Shown here: one piece after another, positions 38,615 to 52,400 of the stretch
How the letters are laid out: every line of letters begins with the position of its first letter
Numbering within the stretch: the first letter of the stretch is position 1
Source: Antedon mediterranea
Taxonomy: Eukaryota > Animalia > Echinodermata
Length of the DNA stretch: 64,000 nt
Reading direction: 5' to 3'
NCBI RefSeq assembly: GCF_964355755.1
Contig: NC_092676.1
Coordinates: forward strand, 6,859,888-6,923,887
Notes under the pieces: generated by a model
What the model was told of the DNA's origin: nothing
Databases searched by the model: none
The model's input: only the letters and a program-made list of their open reading frames with translations
Position numbers and translations under genes: made by a program

Positions 38615-39473
38615 TAATTTAATTCAATTCAATTCAAATCAACATTTATTTCTTCCACATAAAATAAGAACAAACATCCTTTTTTTTATTAAATGTTTAA
38701 TCTTACTTTTTATCTATACTTGCTTGATTGATGAAAATAAATATGTAAATATCTTTTCTTTTTTTTTATTATTTTATTTTCTATATTTCATAAAACAGTA
38801 TACATTACTTAACTTGGTTACATTAAAAAATAATAATAAAGTAACCTTTTCAAGTTACAAAACATATATATATATATGGCTATTTTTATACATAAATATC
38901 AAAACAGATTCCATTTTAACAAAAAAAAAATGATGCGAAATAAAAGTCTAGCTATTTTTAAAAACAATGTACTTTTCAATTTCTTTATACCTCTCATATA
39001 CCGATTTGAAGTGATTTATGTGAGGTTTTTGTTCGTTAACTTTGCAGTTATAAATATACAATTTTGCAATCAGTATTAAGTTATTAATTGCATGATTATT
39101 TCTATGATTTTCAATACCAAAAAATATCCTTTCTTTATCTAAAGTCACTTTTCTTTTAAACTGTTGTTCAATAATAACTTGTATTTTCCTCCACATGACA
39201 TCAATTATTTTGCATTCCACGAACATGTGTATTAAAGTTTGTTCTTTTTCTAAACAAAATTCACAAATTTGTGATTCAACAATTGATATCTTATGTAGAA
39301 AAGAGTTAGTATAAATGATACGGTGAATAAATTTATATTGAAAGTTTTTAAGTTTCGTATTGATTGTGCATTTATGCAAAGTTGTGAATATCATATCCCA
39401 TTGCAATTGTGTATTATCAAGTTCATTTTCCCATCTGGACTCGATTCTATCGGGAACTGTTGCATATTTTTTA
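38615..39473 (-). mobile_element. L1/Tx1-like LINE 3' fragment (paralog of 6523-7495)
   Basis: ORF 38948-39406 with zf-RVT CEFC...HMFVEC, here without the internal stop. Confidence 0.85.
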
Positions 39474-39474
39474 T

Positions 39475-40715
39475 CGTGGCGTGAATACGGTTACATTCCG
39501 AGATTACGGAGATCTGTTGTTGACCTGATAACAATCTTCTTCTTATTTTTCTTCAGAATGCAGTTTATCCGTCCAGAGAGACCACGCAGCTTCCACTGCG
39601 TCTCATGTGCTGTCATTTCGCGTAGTAGATTCATACGCAGAGGCGTTAAATTTTCAGTTATAGAGAAAGACGAGTTTATAAGTAGTTTCTTATTTCGAAA
39701 TACCTCTGCTCTTGCGCGGTAGGTGGAGAATGTGACGATAATTGGACGTGGTCTGGTTTTAGTACGTGATTTGTTCTGTTGAATTCCTAGTCCAATTTTC
39801 TTTCGTCCACGACGGTGTGTGCGGTCTAAATCGATAAGTTCAATGTCGTCGCAAATATGAGATGATATGATATCTAAGGCTATCTTATCGGTGTTTTCGC
39901 TATTAGAGAGCTTTCACTATCTCGATCGGGAACGAGCCGCCGAGAAAGTAAGGGTTTTTTGAACGAGTACGAGATCGAGAACCGGTAATTAATGCTGGTT
40001 CTCGTTCTCGATCCGAGATAGCGAAAGTTCTCTATTATCTGTATCATGTACGCCGTGTATTAGTAGGCAATTACGTCTACTATACTGCTCAAGGTCATCG
40101 ACTTTTTTAAGTAAGCTGTTATGATCTTTCGTCAGCCTATTGTTTTTCTCTCGTAGTGACGTAATGTCACTGGCTATTGTCTCGTTGTCAAGGGAAACGC
40201 TGCTATAAATATTTTTACTGACCTGGTCAAGAATGGCGTCACTTAGGCCTATTGATCGTATTACACATTCGTTACCACATATGGATGCAATAATTTTATC
40301 CATAAGATTTGAAGATGAAAGAATATGTTTAGCGATATATACTTACGAGTTCTTTATCGTCTGAAAGGAGGAGCTCAATATTTCGCATTGTCGATGAGTC
40401 CGTTGTCCGTAGGCCAATGTTTATGTTGTTCCGAGTTACCGGTTTTTGGTATACCGGGTGACTCAACGGGCTGTTTGACAGCTTGACATTCATCGCCGAT
40501 CGTGCCTGGATTGACAGTAAACTCCGACATTATTTCGGTTGATTTTCCAGTCGATCGTTTAGATTTAGTACTCGTTCTAGTTGACGTCATACTTTTACAA
40601 TATTAATGTATAATACTTATTATAAAGTTGGATGCCGTAATGTGTTATTATAGAGCAATTCAATGTAATTTTGTGTGCGATTACAACATTCGTTGTTTAG
40701 CTCATAGCATCCTTG
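39475..40715 (-). mobile_element. LINE ORF1-like (coiled coil + RRM, L1 ORF1/Transposase_22-like) sequence, interrupted
   Basis: KVDDLEQYSRRNCLLIHGV...LDRTHR...RPRPIIVTF...ITENLTPLR motifs; split by a MITE, upstream part separated by a stop. Confidence 0.75.
39905..40033. mobile_element. 129-bp MITE with 3-bp TSD
   Basis: TIR agagagctttcactatctcg / cgagatagcgaaagttctct; ATT at 39902-39904 and 40034-40036. Confidence 0.85.
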
Positions 40716-40719
40716 ATCC

Positions 40720-41518
40720 TTTTATTAACACTGTGAGCTAGTGCTACCAAATGGGTATAGTAGCTCACAGTGGTAAACTAAATTATATTTATTATCACTG
40801 TGCGCTAGTGCTACCAAATGGGTATAGTAGCGCACAGTGGTAAACTAATCATATTTATTATCACTATGCGCTAGTTCTACCAAATGGATATAGTAGCGCA
40901 CAGTGGTAAACTAATCATAGTTATTATCACTGTGCGCTGCGCCAGTGCTACAAACATAGGTATAGTAGCGCACAGTGGTAAACTAATCCTATTTATTAAC
41001 ACTGTGCGCTAGTGCTACCAAATGGGTATAGTAGCGCACAGTGGTAAACTAAATCCTAAATGTTATCACTGTGCACTATTGCTATCAAAATGGGTATGGT
41101 AGCGCACAGTGCTAAACTAAATCCTACTTATTATCACTGTGCGCCAGTGCTAAAAAAAATGGGTATAGTAGCGCACAGTGGTAAATTATTCATATTTATT
41201 ATCACTGTGCGCAAGTGCTACCAAAATTGGTATAGTAGCGTACAGTGGTAAACTAATCCTATTCATTAACACTTTGCGCTAGTGCTACCAAAATTGGTAT
41301 AGTAACGCACAGTGGTAAACTAATCATATTTATTAACACTGTGCGCTAGTGCTACCAATGGGTATAGTAGCACACATTGGTAAACTAAATCCTATTTATT
41401 ATCACTGTGCGTCCTGTGCTACCAATAAGGGCATAGGATCGCACAGTGGTAAACTAATCATATTTATTATCGCTGTGACATAGTGCTACCAAAATGGGTA
41501 TAGTAGTGCACAGTGGTA
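40720..41518. repeat. ~66-bp hairpin tandem repeat, ~12 units
   Basis: Same unit as 8672-9128. Confidence 0.95.
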
Positions 41519-41974
41519 GTTTGACGTCGTTCCGTTACTGTACCGTTATAGTATACGTTGTATTTACTTTTCAAAGCATATTGTCACAGTATAGAAAACG
41601 TTCAGCTGACATGTATTGTAATAAGCGTATTGTGTATACTATTATGCTACGTCTGCAGTTTTCCGTGATTAGACGTCGTTCCGTTACTGTACCGTTACAG
41701 TATACGTTGTAGTTACTTTTCAACGCTTATCGTCAAAGTATAGGAGACGTTCAGCATGTATAAGCGTATTGTGTATGCTATTACGATACGCCTGTAGCTA
41801 GTTCACTGTGATTAGACGTCGTTCCGTTACTGTACCATTATAGTATACGTTATAATTACTTTTCAAATCTTATCGTCAAAGTATAGAAAACGTTCAGCTG
41901 ACAGCCATAAGCGTTTTGAAGTACTGAAAACGCTCTTTGAATATTATATTTAATATCATCATCCTCATCACTAA

Positions 41975-42178
41975 AGCCTGTTTTCCTGTCGACGTTATTC
42001 GACGCTATCGTCGTTGGTCGTTAACAGTTCAACGACGATCGTTTGAAAACAGTCAAGTTGAAATGATAACGATAGCGAGTACCTTTTCCTGTAAATCGTT
42101 AACATTTCAATGATTACGTAGGAGATCGCCGATTATTGTTAACGATAGCGTCGAATAACGCCGACAGGAAAACAGGCT
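41975..42178. mobile_element. PIF/Harbinger-type MITE (paralog of 9684-9886)
   Basis: agcctgttttcctgtcg...cgacaggaaaacaggct; TAA TSD. Confidence 0.85.
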
Positions 42179-43637
42179 TAAAATAATCATCATCGTTGAT
42201 CGTTCATCGTAGTCATCTTCATCATCATCATCATAATCGTCGTCATTATCATCATCATCATGGTATTGTTGTATCTGTGTTTACATTCGTTTGGTTTTAT
42301 TTGCTTTATCATAAACCACGACATGATTCGTATACATTTAACAATTTACAAAATGTTGTGCAATCATTTCAATTTGTTTTTATTATCATTATATAATCAT
42401 AACTAATAATAAATTATATACAAAAAAACATTATTAAACATGATGAGCAAAATATGCCCATTCTTAACACGGCATAAATGTAATTTAACTTATTGTTAGC
42501 TACTATACTGTACTACTACTAACTACTACTACTACTACACTGTACTAAAGGTGTGTTGTGCTACTTCACGATAACTAAAATCTATTAATAAGGATAACAT
42601 AGACCTATTTAAACCTTCTTAACAAGTACGTATTGAATTAATTTTTATACTGTGGATATTCGTTCAAAAAAACTACACTATAACATATTTGCCTCTAACT
42701 ACATATTCCTGTATATTATACGATAACTTAAACTAAACTAACTAAAGCTTATTCTAACACGCAAATTGTAACATATTATTACTCTGAGATCTGTGTGTGA
42801 ACAAAAAAACATGAAAACTTAGCGTACTGTAATATATAGTTTGCTAAAAAGAAATATTATTTCATGGAAATACTCTATACAAGTATTACTATTCAGCATA
42901 TAACACTAATATAACTATAATATATACATTTTCTAATAATTATACACATATTCATTCTTATTGAATACAGGAAAATTAATTTTAAAACGTATGCAGTTAC
43001 ATTATCACTTATTATAATATAGTTTAATATAATATATAGTTATATAATGTTATAATTCACAATAATATTATTGAACGTATTTAGGGCCTACACAACTACA
43101 ATGTTTAGAACGATAGTAAACTACAATATCTACTGTACCGTCAATAAAGTTGAGGGCGTAGTTTGTGTTATTAACTCGAACGCGTTCATTCAATTAACCC
43201 CATGAAGCATTTGCAAGTTGTATTTTTAATTAAAGTAATAATCATTTAAAATGTTATTTCTGGTTCATATTAACAAAATGTATATAAAAAATAAATTAGA
43301 AATTGTTTTCTGGTTTCCTATAAGCCGTGCCTTAGTATTAGGCCTAATGCACAATCATGTGAGTATTGAAAGCAACAAAACATCTAGCCTAAATATATTT
43401 AAATCTAACTCCACAACTTCACGCCACGCATTCATGTCATTATTTGTTATATTATTAAAGTCGGTATTATTAGGCAATAGTATCGTAATGTTTGGAAAAT
43501 AAAATATGAGAGTGCACATTGTTCAAAACGAAGTTGGCATGTTAAAATCACATAAATTATCTTTGTTTTATCAAGTATATTCATTTTACTTCTTTAAGAA
43601 TGTTTAGGAAGTGTGATGAAGTAATACACAGATAATC

Positions 43638-45492
43638 TTATGAGTAATTAATGTGTGTATCATGCACATCGGGCTGGTGGGTAAGCTCCTCTAAGATATT
43701 ACCCAATCTAACCTCTCCCATCATTTCATTCATTAAGTCACTAACCAATATATTTACTCCAATTTCACTGTTGTGTTTACTCAAAAAATACTGGTGAAAA
43801 GTATTCAGATTGATATTTGACAAAAACGGTTGTAGAAAGCTCGGTAACTCATCTGATGACGACGTTCTTAATATGTCATTACACAAATCAATGGAACGAA
43901 TAATCCTATCGCTCTCATCGTCACTGATATCATTATTGTTATTAAACAATTGCAATTCTTTTGGATTAGCTCTGGTCAGTGTGTTCATTACATCATCTGA
44001 ACTGAACTGAATTGAACTTTTATTGTATCTCTTTTAAATCAGAGGCACAGTCTCAATGAGATGTGCAACAAGTTTACAGTGAAAAATAAAACATACACAC
44101 TTAAATATACTAAGTACAAAACAAGAAATTAGACATAAGAACAAATTACAAAAAAAAGTTTAAGAAAACTGAGAAAGATTAAATACTAAGAAAATGACTA
44201 AATTAAGTTTGAGAAGGAATTGTATTATAAATATCATTTCGTGTGTTCCAAGCCATGGTCAGAAAAATTTTACAATGTGATAGTTGGCAATTGTTCATAT
44301 CAAGTATACGCAGTTTAGGAGAGATAATCACTAAAGTACACAGTAGAGTAGTGTCAATGTCACTTAAGTAGTTATTCCCAACATTAAGCTCATGCAATTG
44401 TAACTCATCTCTTGCAAACTCTCTGACAATTTCATTCATTATACTACCTTGTAGTTTACAATTATTCATGTTGAGTGTATGCAGCTTAGACGAGTTATTC
44501 AAAGTACTTCCAAGTAAAGTACCATCAATGTCACTGATATCATTATTTCCAATGTCAAGCACTTGCAATCCGCTTTCATACACTCTACTCATAATGTTAC
44601 ATGGCAGTTATTAACAATTATTCATGTTAAGTACAGACAGCTTTGGTGACTTATTTAATAAAGTACCAAATAAAGTACCGTCGATGTCACTAACATTATT
44701 ATTGTAAACATAAAGTTCTTGTAATTGTAACTCAGCTTTTGTATATCATACTTTGAGAATTGTATTCATTACATCACCTGGTAGTTTACAAGCATGCATA
44801 TAAAGTTTAAGCAGCTTAGGAGATTTACTCAAGAAATTACCTAGTATATGACCATCAATGTTTCCGATATCATTATTCGCAATATTAAGTAATTGTAACT
44901 GTGGCACATCAACTACATATACTCTCATCATTTCATTCATTACATCACCCAATAGTTTACAATTATGCATGTAAAGTTTAAGCAGCTTAGGGGATTTACT
45001 CAAGAAATTACCCAGTAAATTGCCATCTATGCTTCTGATATCATTATTCGCAATATTAAGTAATTTTAACTGTGACACATCAACTACATATACTCTCATC
45101 ATTTCATTCATTACGCCACCCGATAGTTTACAATCATCCAAGCGAAGAGTATGTAGATTACGCGACTTACTCAAGAAATTACCCAGTAAAGCACCATCAA
45201 TGTCACCAAAATTATTGTTATTAATATGTAGCTCTTGTAATTCCAACTGATCTCCTACATACAATCTCATCATTGTATTTATTACGTCACCCGATAGTTT
45301 ACAATCGTCCAAGCAAAGAGTATGTAGATTACGCGATTTACTCAAGAAATTACCCAGTAAAGCACCATCAATGTCACCGAAATTATTGTTATTGATATGT
45401 AAATCTTGTAATTCTAACTGATCTCCTACATACAACCTCATCATTTTATTTATTACGTCACCCGATAGTTTACAATTATGCATGTAAAGTTT
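43638..45492 (-). pseudogene. Disconnected distal LRR tail of NLR-B
   Basis: ORFs 44746-45483 and 44203-44592 are in one frame separated by TGA (44746) and TAA TAA (44608-44613); last remnant 43638-43995 follows a retroposed insert. Confidence 0.85.
43997..44272 (-). mobile_element. Short retroposon (LINE-like) 3' fragment with (TTCAG)n tail inserted in the LRR tail
   Basis: ctgaactgaactgaattgaac followed by ttttatt; LRR pattern stops at CQLS and resumes at DVMN on the other side. Confidence 0.55.
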
Positions 45493-46466
45493 TAGACTTG
45501 CCCCAAGTCTGTATTTATTGTCTTTTTTTATATTTATTTGTTTTTATTTCGACCGCGATTTTTCTCTGAAAATACAGACTTGTGAAACACGTATAGAAAT
45601 CGATTTGCAGACCGCAAACATCCGATAAGAATGACGTAGGTTATCATACCGTATTTGGCTATATGGGGCGGGCGGTATGTAAATATGGATTTCGAATCAA
45701 CCAATGATCATTTTGTTTCAGAATGAAAAAGATAGAGTACGTTCAGTGCTGAATGTACGATCGAGACTGAACAACTGTTGAAATATAAAATCGTGTTGCC
45801 AAGTTGTTTTGTTTATTAATTGTTTAGTCCTGGCCTAGGCCTCCTTCGTAGGGATACTCAACTCGTACGTATGACCTGCTAAATAGAACGCCAATAAGGT
45901 ACATACCACCACCGACCCGCACACAACAGGGCTACACCGGCACACAACAGGGCTACACCACCACAAAGAACAGGACAGGGTGGGAAATAAATTAAATTAT
46001 CTCCGCATAATAAATGATCCATTCAATGTTTGATTTGCGGAGAAGCTAGCCTATCATATCAAGACGAGTTTTCATGTTCTTGGGAAAAATCCCATCAAAT
46101 GTTTACCAGACTACTAGGCATATAAAATCATTTCTAGCTTTCAGAAACTTTCATCAATGTACCCAAGTACACATTGTCTAAACGTAATGTAGCGCATGCG
46201 CATCATCTTAGATGTTGAGTCTTTGAAATTCTGAAATATGAATATTAAAACAGTGTACGAGTGAGTAGCCAATCGCATGCAGCTGAAACTAGTCAACCGG
46301 ATAATCGTATGCACCAAGAATTCTTGGTGTCAAACCACGTGACTTGTGCGTGTTTCCCCAGACGGAGTATCCAAACTCAAGTAATACACGTATGAAACGC
46401 CATATGTGCAAAAATATTTATATTTTTACTAATATTAAGACAAAACTCCGTCTGGAGCCCAGACTA
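45493..46466. mobile_element. 974-bp non-autonomous DNA transposon, 9-bp TSD, TAG...CTA hairpin ends (AcademH-like)
   Basis: GTAAAGTTT at 45484-45492 and 46467-46475; ends tAGACTTgccccAAGTCT and (rc) taGTCTGGgctCCAGAC. Confidence 0.85.
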
Positions 46467-49400
46467 GTAAAGTTTAAGCAGCTTAGTGGATTTACTTAAG
46501 AAATTACCCAACAAATTGCCATCAATGTTTCTGATATCATTATTCGAAATAGCAAGTGATTGTAATTCTAACTGATCTCCTACATACAACCTCATAATTG
46601 TATTCATTACGTCACCCGATAGTTTACAATTGTCCAAGCGAAGAGTATGTAGATTACGCGACCTACTCAGGAAATTACCCAGTAAAGCACCATCAATGTC
46701 ACCGAAATTATTGTTATTAATATGTAGCTCTTGTAATTCCAACTGATCTCCTACATACAGTCTCATCATTTTATTTATTACGTCACCCGATAGTTTACAA
46801 TTATGCATGTAAAGTTTAAGCAGCTTAGTGGATTTACTTAAGAAATTACCCAACAAATTGCCATCAATGTTTCTGATATCATTATTCGAAATAGCAAGTG
46901 ATTGTAATTCTAACTGATCTCCTACATACAACCTCATAATTGTATTCATTACGTCACCCGATAGTTTACAATTGTCCAAGCGAAGAGTATGTAGATTACG
47001 CGACCTACTCAGGAAATTACCCAGTAAAGCACCATCAATGTCATCGAAATTATTGTTATTAATATGTAACTCTTGTAATTCTAACTGATCTCCTACATAC
47101 AGCCTCATCATTTTATTTATTACGTCACCCGATAGTTTACAATTATGCATGTAAAGTTTAAGCACCTTAGTGGATTTACTCAAAAAATTACCCAACAAAT
47201 TGGCATCAATGTTTCCGCCGATATCATTATTCGAAATAGCAAGTGATTGTAATTCTAACTGATCACCTACATACAACCTCATAATTTTATTCATTACGTC
47301 ACCCGATAGTTTACAATCGTCCAAGCGAAGAGTATGTAGATTACGCGATTTACTCAAGAAATTACCCAGTAAAACACCATCAATGTCACCGAACTTATTG
47401 TTATTAATATGTAGCTCTTGTAATTCTAACTGATCTCCTACATACAACTTCATCATTTTATTCATTACGTCACCCGATAGTTTACAATTATGCATATAAA
47501 GTTCAAGCAGCTTAGGAGATTTATTCAAGAAATTACCCAACAAATTACCATCAATGTTTCCAATATCATTATTTGCAATATCAATTAATTGTAACTTTGA
47601 CACATCAACTACATATACTCTCATCATTTCATTCAGTACATCACCAAATAGTTTACAATTATGCATGTAAAGTTTAAGCAGCTTAGGGGATTTACTCAAG
47701 AAATTACCCAACAAATTGCCATCAATGTTTCCGATGTCATTCTTCGCAATATTAAGTAATCGTAAATGTGGCACATCAACTGCATATACTCTCATCATTT
47801 CATTCATTACGTCACCTGATAGTTTACAATCATCCAATCGAAGAGTATGTAGATTACGCGACTTACTCAAGAAATTACCCAGTAAAGCACCATCAATGTC
47901 ACAGAAATTATTGTTATTAATATGTAGCTCTTGTAATTCCAACTGATCTCTTACATACAACCTCATCATTTTATTTATTACATCACCCGATAGTTTACAA
48001 TTATACATGTAAAGTTTAAGCAGCTTAGGGGATTTACTCAAGAAATTACCCAACAAATTACCATCAATGTTTCCGATATCATTATTCGCAATAGCAAGTG
48101 ATTGTAATTCTAAGTGATCTCCTACGTACAACCTCATCATTTTATTTATTACGTCACCCGATAGTATGCATTTATCCATATAAAGTTCAAGCAGCTTAGG
48201 AGATTTACTCAGGAAATTACCCAATAAATTACCATCAATGTTTCCGATATCGTTATTAGAAATAGCAAGTAATTGTAACTGTGACACATCAACTACATAT
48301 ACTCTCATCATTGTATTCATTACGTCACCTGATAGTTTACAATCGTCCATGCGAAGAGTATGTAGATTACGCGACTTACTCAAGAAATTACCCAGTAAAG
48401 CGCCATCAATGTCACTGAAATTATTGTCATTAATATGTAGCTCTTGTAATTCTAACTGATCTCCTACATACAACCTCATCATTGTATTTATTACGTCACC
48501 CGATAGTTTACAATTTTGCATATAAAGCTTAAGCAGCTTAGGAGATTTACTCAAGAAATTACCCAACAAATTACCATCAATGTTTCCGATAGCATTATTC
48601 GCAATATTAAGTAATTGTAACTGTGACACATCAACTACATATACTCTCATCATTTCATTCATTACATCACCCAATAGTTTACAATTATGCATGTAAAGTT
48701 TTAGCAGCTTAGGGGATTTACTCAAGAAATTACCCAACAAATTGCCATCAATGTTTCTGATATCATTCTTCGCAATATTAAGTAATTGTAACTGTGACAC
48801 ATCAACTACATATACTCTCATCATTTCATTCATTACGTCACCCGATAGATTACAATTATACATAGAAAGTTCAAGCAGCTTAGGAGATTTACTTAAGAAA
48901 TTACCCAATAAATTACCATCAATGTTTCCGATATCATTATTCGCAATATTAATTAATTGTAACTGTGAGACATCAACTACATATACTCTCATCATTTCAT
49001 TCATTACGTCACTTGATAGTTTACAATCATCCAAGCGAAGAGTATGTAGATTACGCGACTTACTAAAGAAATTACCCAGTAAAGCACCATCAATGTCACC
49101 GAAATTATTGTTATTAATATGTAGCTCTTGTAATTCCAACTGATCTCCTACATACAACCTCATCATTTTATTCATTACGTCACCCGATAGTTTACAATTT
49201 TGCATGCAAAGGTTAAGCAGCTTAGGAGATTTACTCAAGAAATTACCCAACAAATTTCCATCAATGTTTCCGATATCATTATTCGCAATAGCAAGTGATT
49301 GTAATTCTAATTGATCTCCTACATATACTCTCATCATTTCATTCATTACGTCACCCGATAGTTTACAATCGTCTAATCGAAGAGTATGTAGATTACGCGA

Positions 49401-52400
49401 CTTACTCAAGAAATTACCCAGTAAAGCACCATCAATGTCACAGAAATTATTCTCATTAATATGTAGCTCTTGTAATTCCAACTGATCTCTTACATACAAC
49501 CTCATCATTTTATTCATTACGTCACCCGATAGTTTACAATTATGCATATAAAGTTCAAGCAGCTTAGGAGATTTATTCAAGAAATTACCCAACAAATTGC
49601 CATCAATGCTTCTGATATCATTATTCGCAATATTAAGTAATTGTAACTGTGACACATCAACTGCATATACTCTCATCATTTCATTCATTACGTCACCCGA
49701 TAGATTACAATTATACATATAAAGTTCAAGCAGCTTAGGGGATTTACTCAAGAAATTACTCAGGAAATTGCCATCAATGCTTCTGATATCATTATTAGAA
49801 ATAACAAGCACTTTAAATTCTAACACATCTCCTGTATACGCCCTCATAAATCCATTCATCACATCACCTGATAGTCTACAATTGTGTAAGTCAAGAGTAT
49901 GTAGCTTAGGAGACTTACTCAAAAAAGTACCCAGTAAAGTACCATCAATGTTTTTGATTTCATTATAACCAATCGAAAAAACCTCCAATTGTAACTCACC
50001 GTTTGCATACACGCTCATCATTTCATTCAATTCCTTTCCTGATAGTTTACAATTTCTTACGACAAGTTCTTTCAGCTTAGTAGACGTATTCAGAAAAGTA
50101 CCCAATAATGCACCATCAATATTGTTATTCCTAATATCAATCACTTGTAACTCATCACCTACAAGCACTCTCATCATCTTGTTCATTATGCCCCATGGTA
50201 TTTTACAATTCTGCATGAAAAGTTTGACCTTGGGAGACTTACCCAAAAATTCACACAGTAAATTTCCATCAATGTCACTGATATCATTATTCCCAATATC
50301 AAGCATTTCTAATTGATCTCCTTCATATACCACCATCATGCTATTCATTACGTCACTGGATAGTTTGCAACCATGCAACGAGAGTTTACTAAGCTTAGGA
50401 CACTTACTCAAGAAAGCACCTAGTAAAGATCCATCAATATCACTGATATCATTGTTCTCGATCTTTTTTAGTTCTAACTCACTAAATGTGTCCAGTATCT
50501 TTTTATTTAACACATCATCTGGTATTTTACGATTACTTTTAAATTTAATCAGCTTTTGAGATTCAATGTCACTGTTAACATCATTTCTAAAATAAAGCCC
50601 CTGCAATTCCAACTCTTCTCCAGCATACACGCTGTTTTCCGCCTTCATTATGTCACACGATAATTTGTATTCATGTATGTCATGTATACGAAGCTTTAAA
50701 GAGTTAATTGATAAAACACTCAATAAATGCCTTTCATTGTCACTGCTATAATCATTTCCAATATCAAGCTCTTGCAATTCTGATATATTTTTTGTATACG
50801 ATCTAATTATTTCATTAATTAACTCACCGGTCAATCTGCAATTATGCATAAAGAGCTTACACAATCTAGGAGATTTACTCAAAAAAGAACCAAACTGAGA
50901 ACCATCAGTGTCACTTATAGTATTCTTCCCAATTCCAAGCTCCTGTAACTCATTTTCTCCATACACTTTCATCATTTCAGTCATAACTTCACCTGATAGT
51001 TTGCAATTGTACATGTACAGTTTAAGCAGCTGAGGGCATTTACTCAAGAAAGTACCTAGCAAAGTACCATCGATGTCACTGATATCATTATTCCCAATAT
51101 CAATCGCTTGTAAATGCCCATCCCCTACGTACCCTGTCATCATTTTGTTCATCGTCTCACCTGATAGTTTACAATTATGCATGCTAATGCTATGTAACTT
51201 ATGTGATTTACTCAAGAACGCACACAGTATAGTACCGTCGATGTCACTGATGTTATTATTCCCAATATCAATGGTTTGTAACTCATCTCCTGCATACACA
51301 CTCATTATTTTGTTCATCGTGTCCCCTGATAATTTGCAATCACGCATACAAATTTCAAGCAGCTTAGGAGACTTACTAAAGAAATTACCCATTGAGGTAC
51401 CATCAATGTCACTGATATCATTGTTTCCAATATCAATCACTTGTAATTCATCACTCTTATATACTCTGATCATTTCATTCAATATGCGTCCTGATAGTTT
51501 ACAATCACGCACGTCAAGTTTCAACAGCTGGGGAATCTTACTTAAGAAAGTACCCAGTAAAGTACCATCAATGTCGCTGAGATTATTTTTAGCGATATTG
51601 AGCATACTTATTGTTAGAATATCTCCATCATTACACTTACTGACTTCATTTATTATTTTACCTGATATATTACAATCAATCATTTCAAATGAAAGAGGAA
51701 AGGGAGACAACTTCAATAAAGTAAGCAGTAATTCAGGATTAATGCTGCTCAGATTATTTTTGCTGATAATGAGACTGTTTATTATCAACCCACCACCCAT
51801 GTTAGACCACTCTCTAACCATATCATTCATTACATCACCTGATAGATTGTAATTATGTACGTCAAGTGTGGGTGTAACAAAATATGCAATGTGCGCAAAT
51901 AATTTGCCTCTTTTTTCAATTGATAATGTATTAGACCATTTTCGCAAATCAAGCTCATTAATATGCATGTTACTGAGTTGACATATGCGATCTATAAAAT
52001 GCTCACCCACATCTAAATTTGGTTTTATGTAGGCAATACAATCATTAAATGAGTTTGATATAATATCGGTGTGTTGATTTAATTTTTCACTAACCATGTG
52101 ATGTCTTAAGGCTTTATTCACACTACCCTTATGTTGATCTTTAACACATGCCAAGTACTTGTGTATCAAAGGACGATATGTTGGTAAGCTACATGTAACC
52201 CAATACTGTAGTAGTTTATTTGCATCAGCACCAAGAAATTCTACTGCAAACATATTTGCCCTAATTAGATATGTGGAGTCTCTTAAATCTTTTATAAAAT
52301 CATTTGTCATATCTCCTTGTTCACAACGTTTGTAAACATAAAAACCTACTAGTGACTCCAGTATTGATTTGTGTGTAGGCATGTTAATCTCAGGCTCTGA

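Larger units (their letters stand above)
34803..43678. repeat. Segmental duplication copy B (paralog of 1-11517)
   Basis: Colinear match; lacks the foldback and cathepsin segment, gains 39475-40715. Confidence 0.95.

Noticed and set aside
34803-43678. Duplication as an uncollapsed haplotype artefact
   Set aside because: Copies differ by many substitutions and several independent insertions and flank two clearly different NLR genes; spanning reads would settle it.
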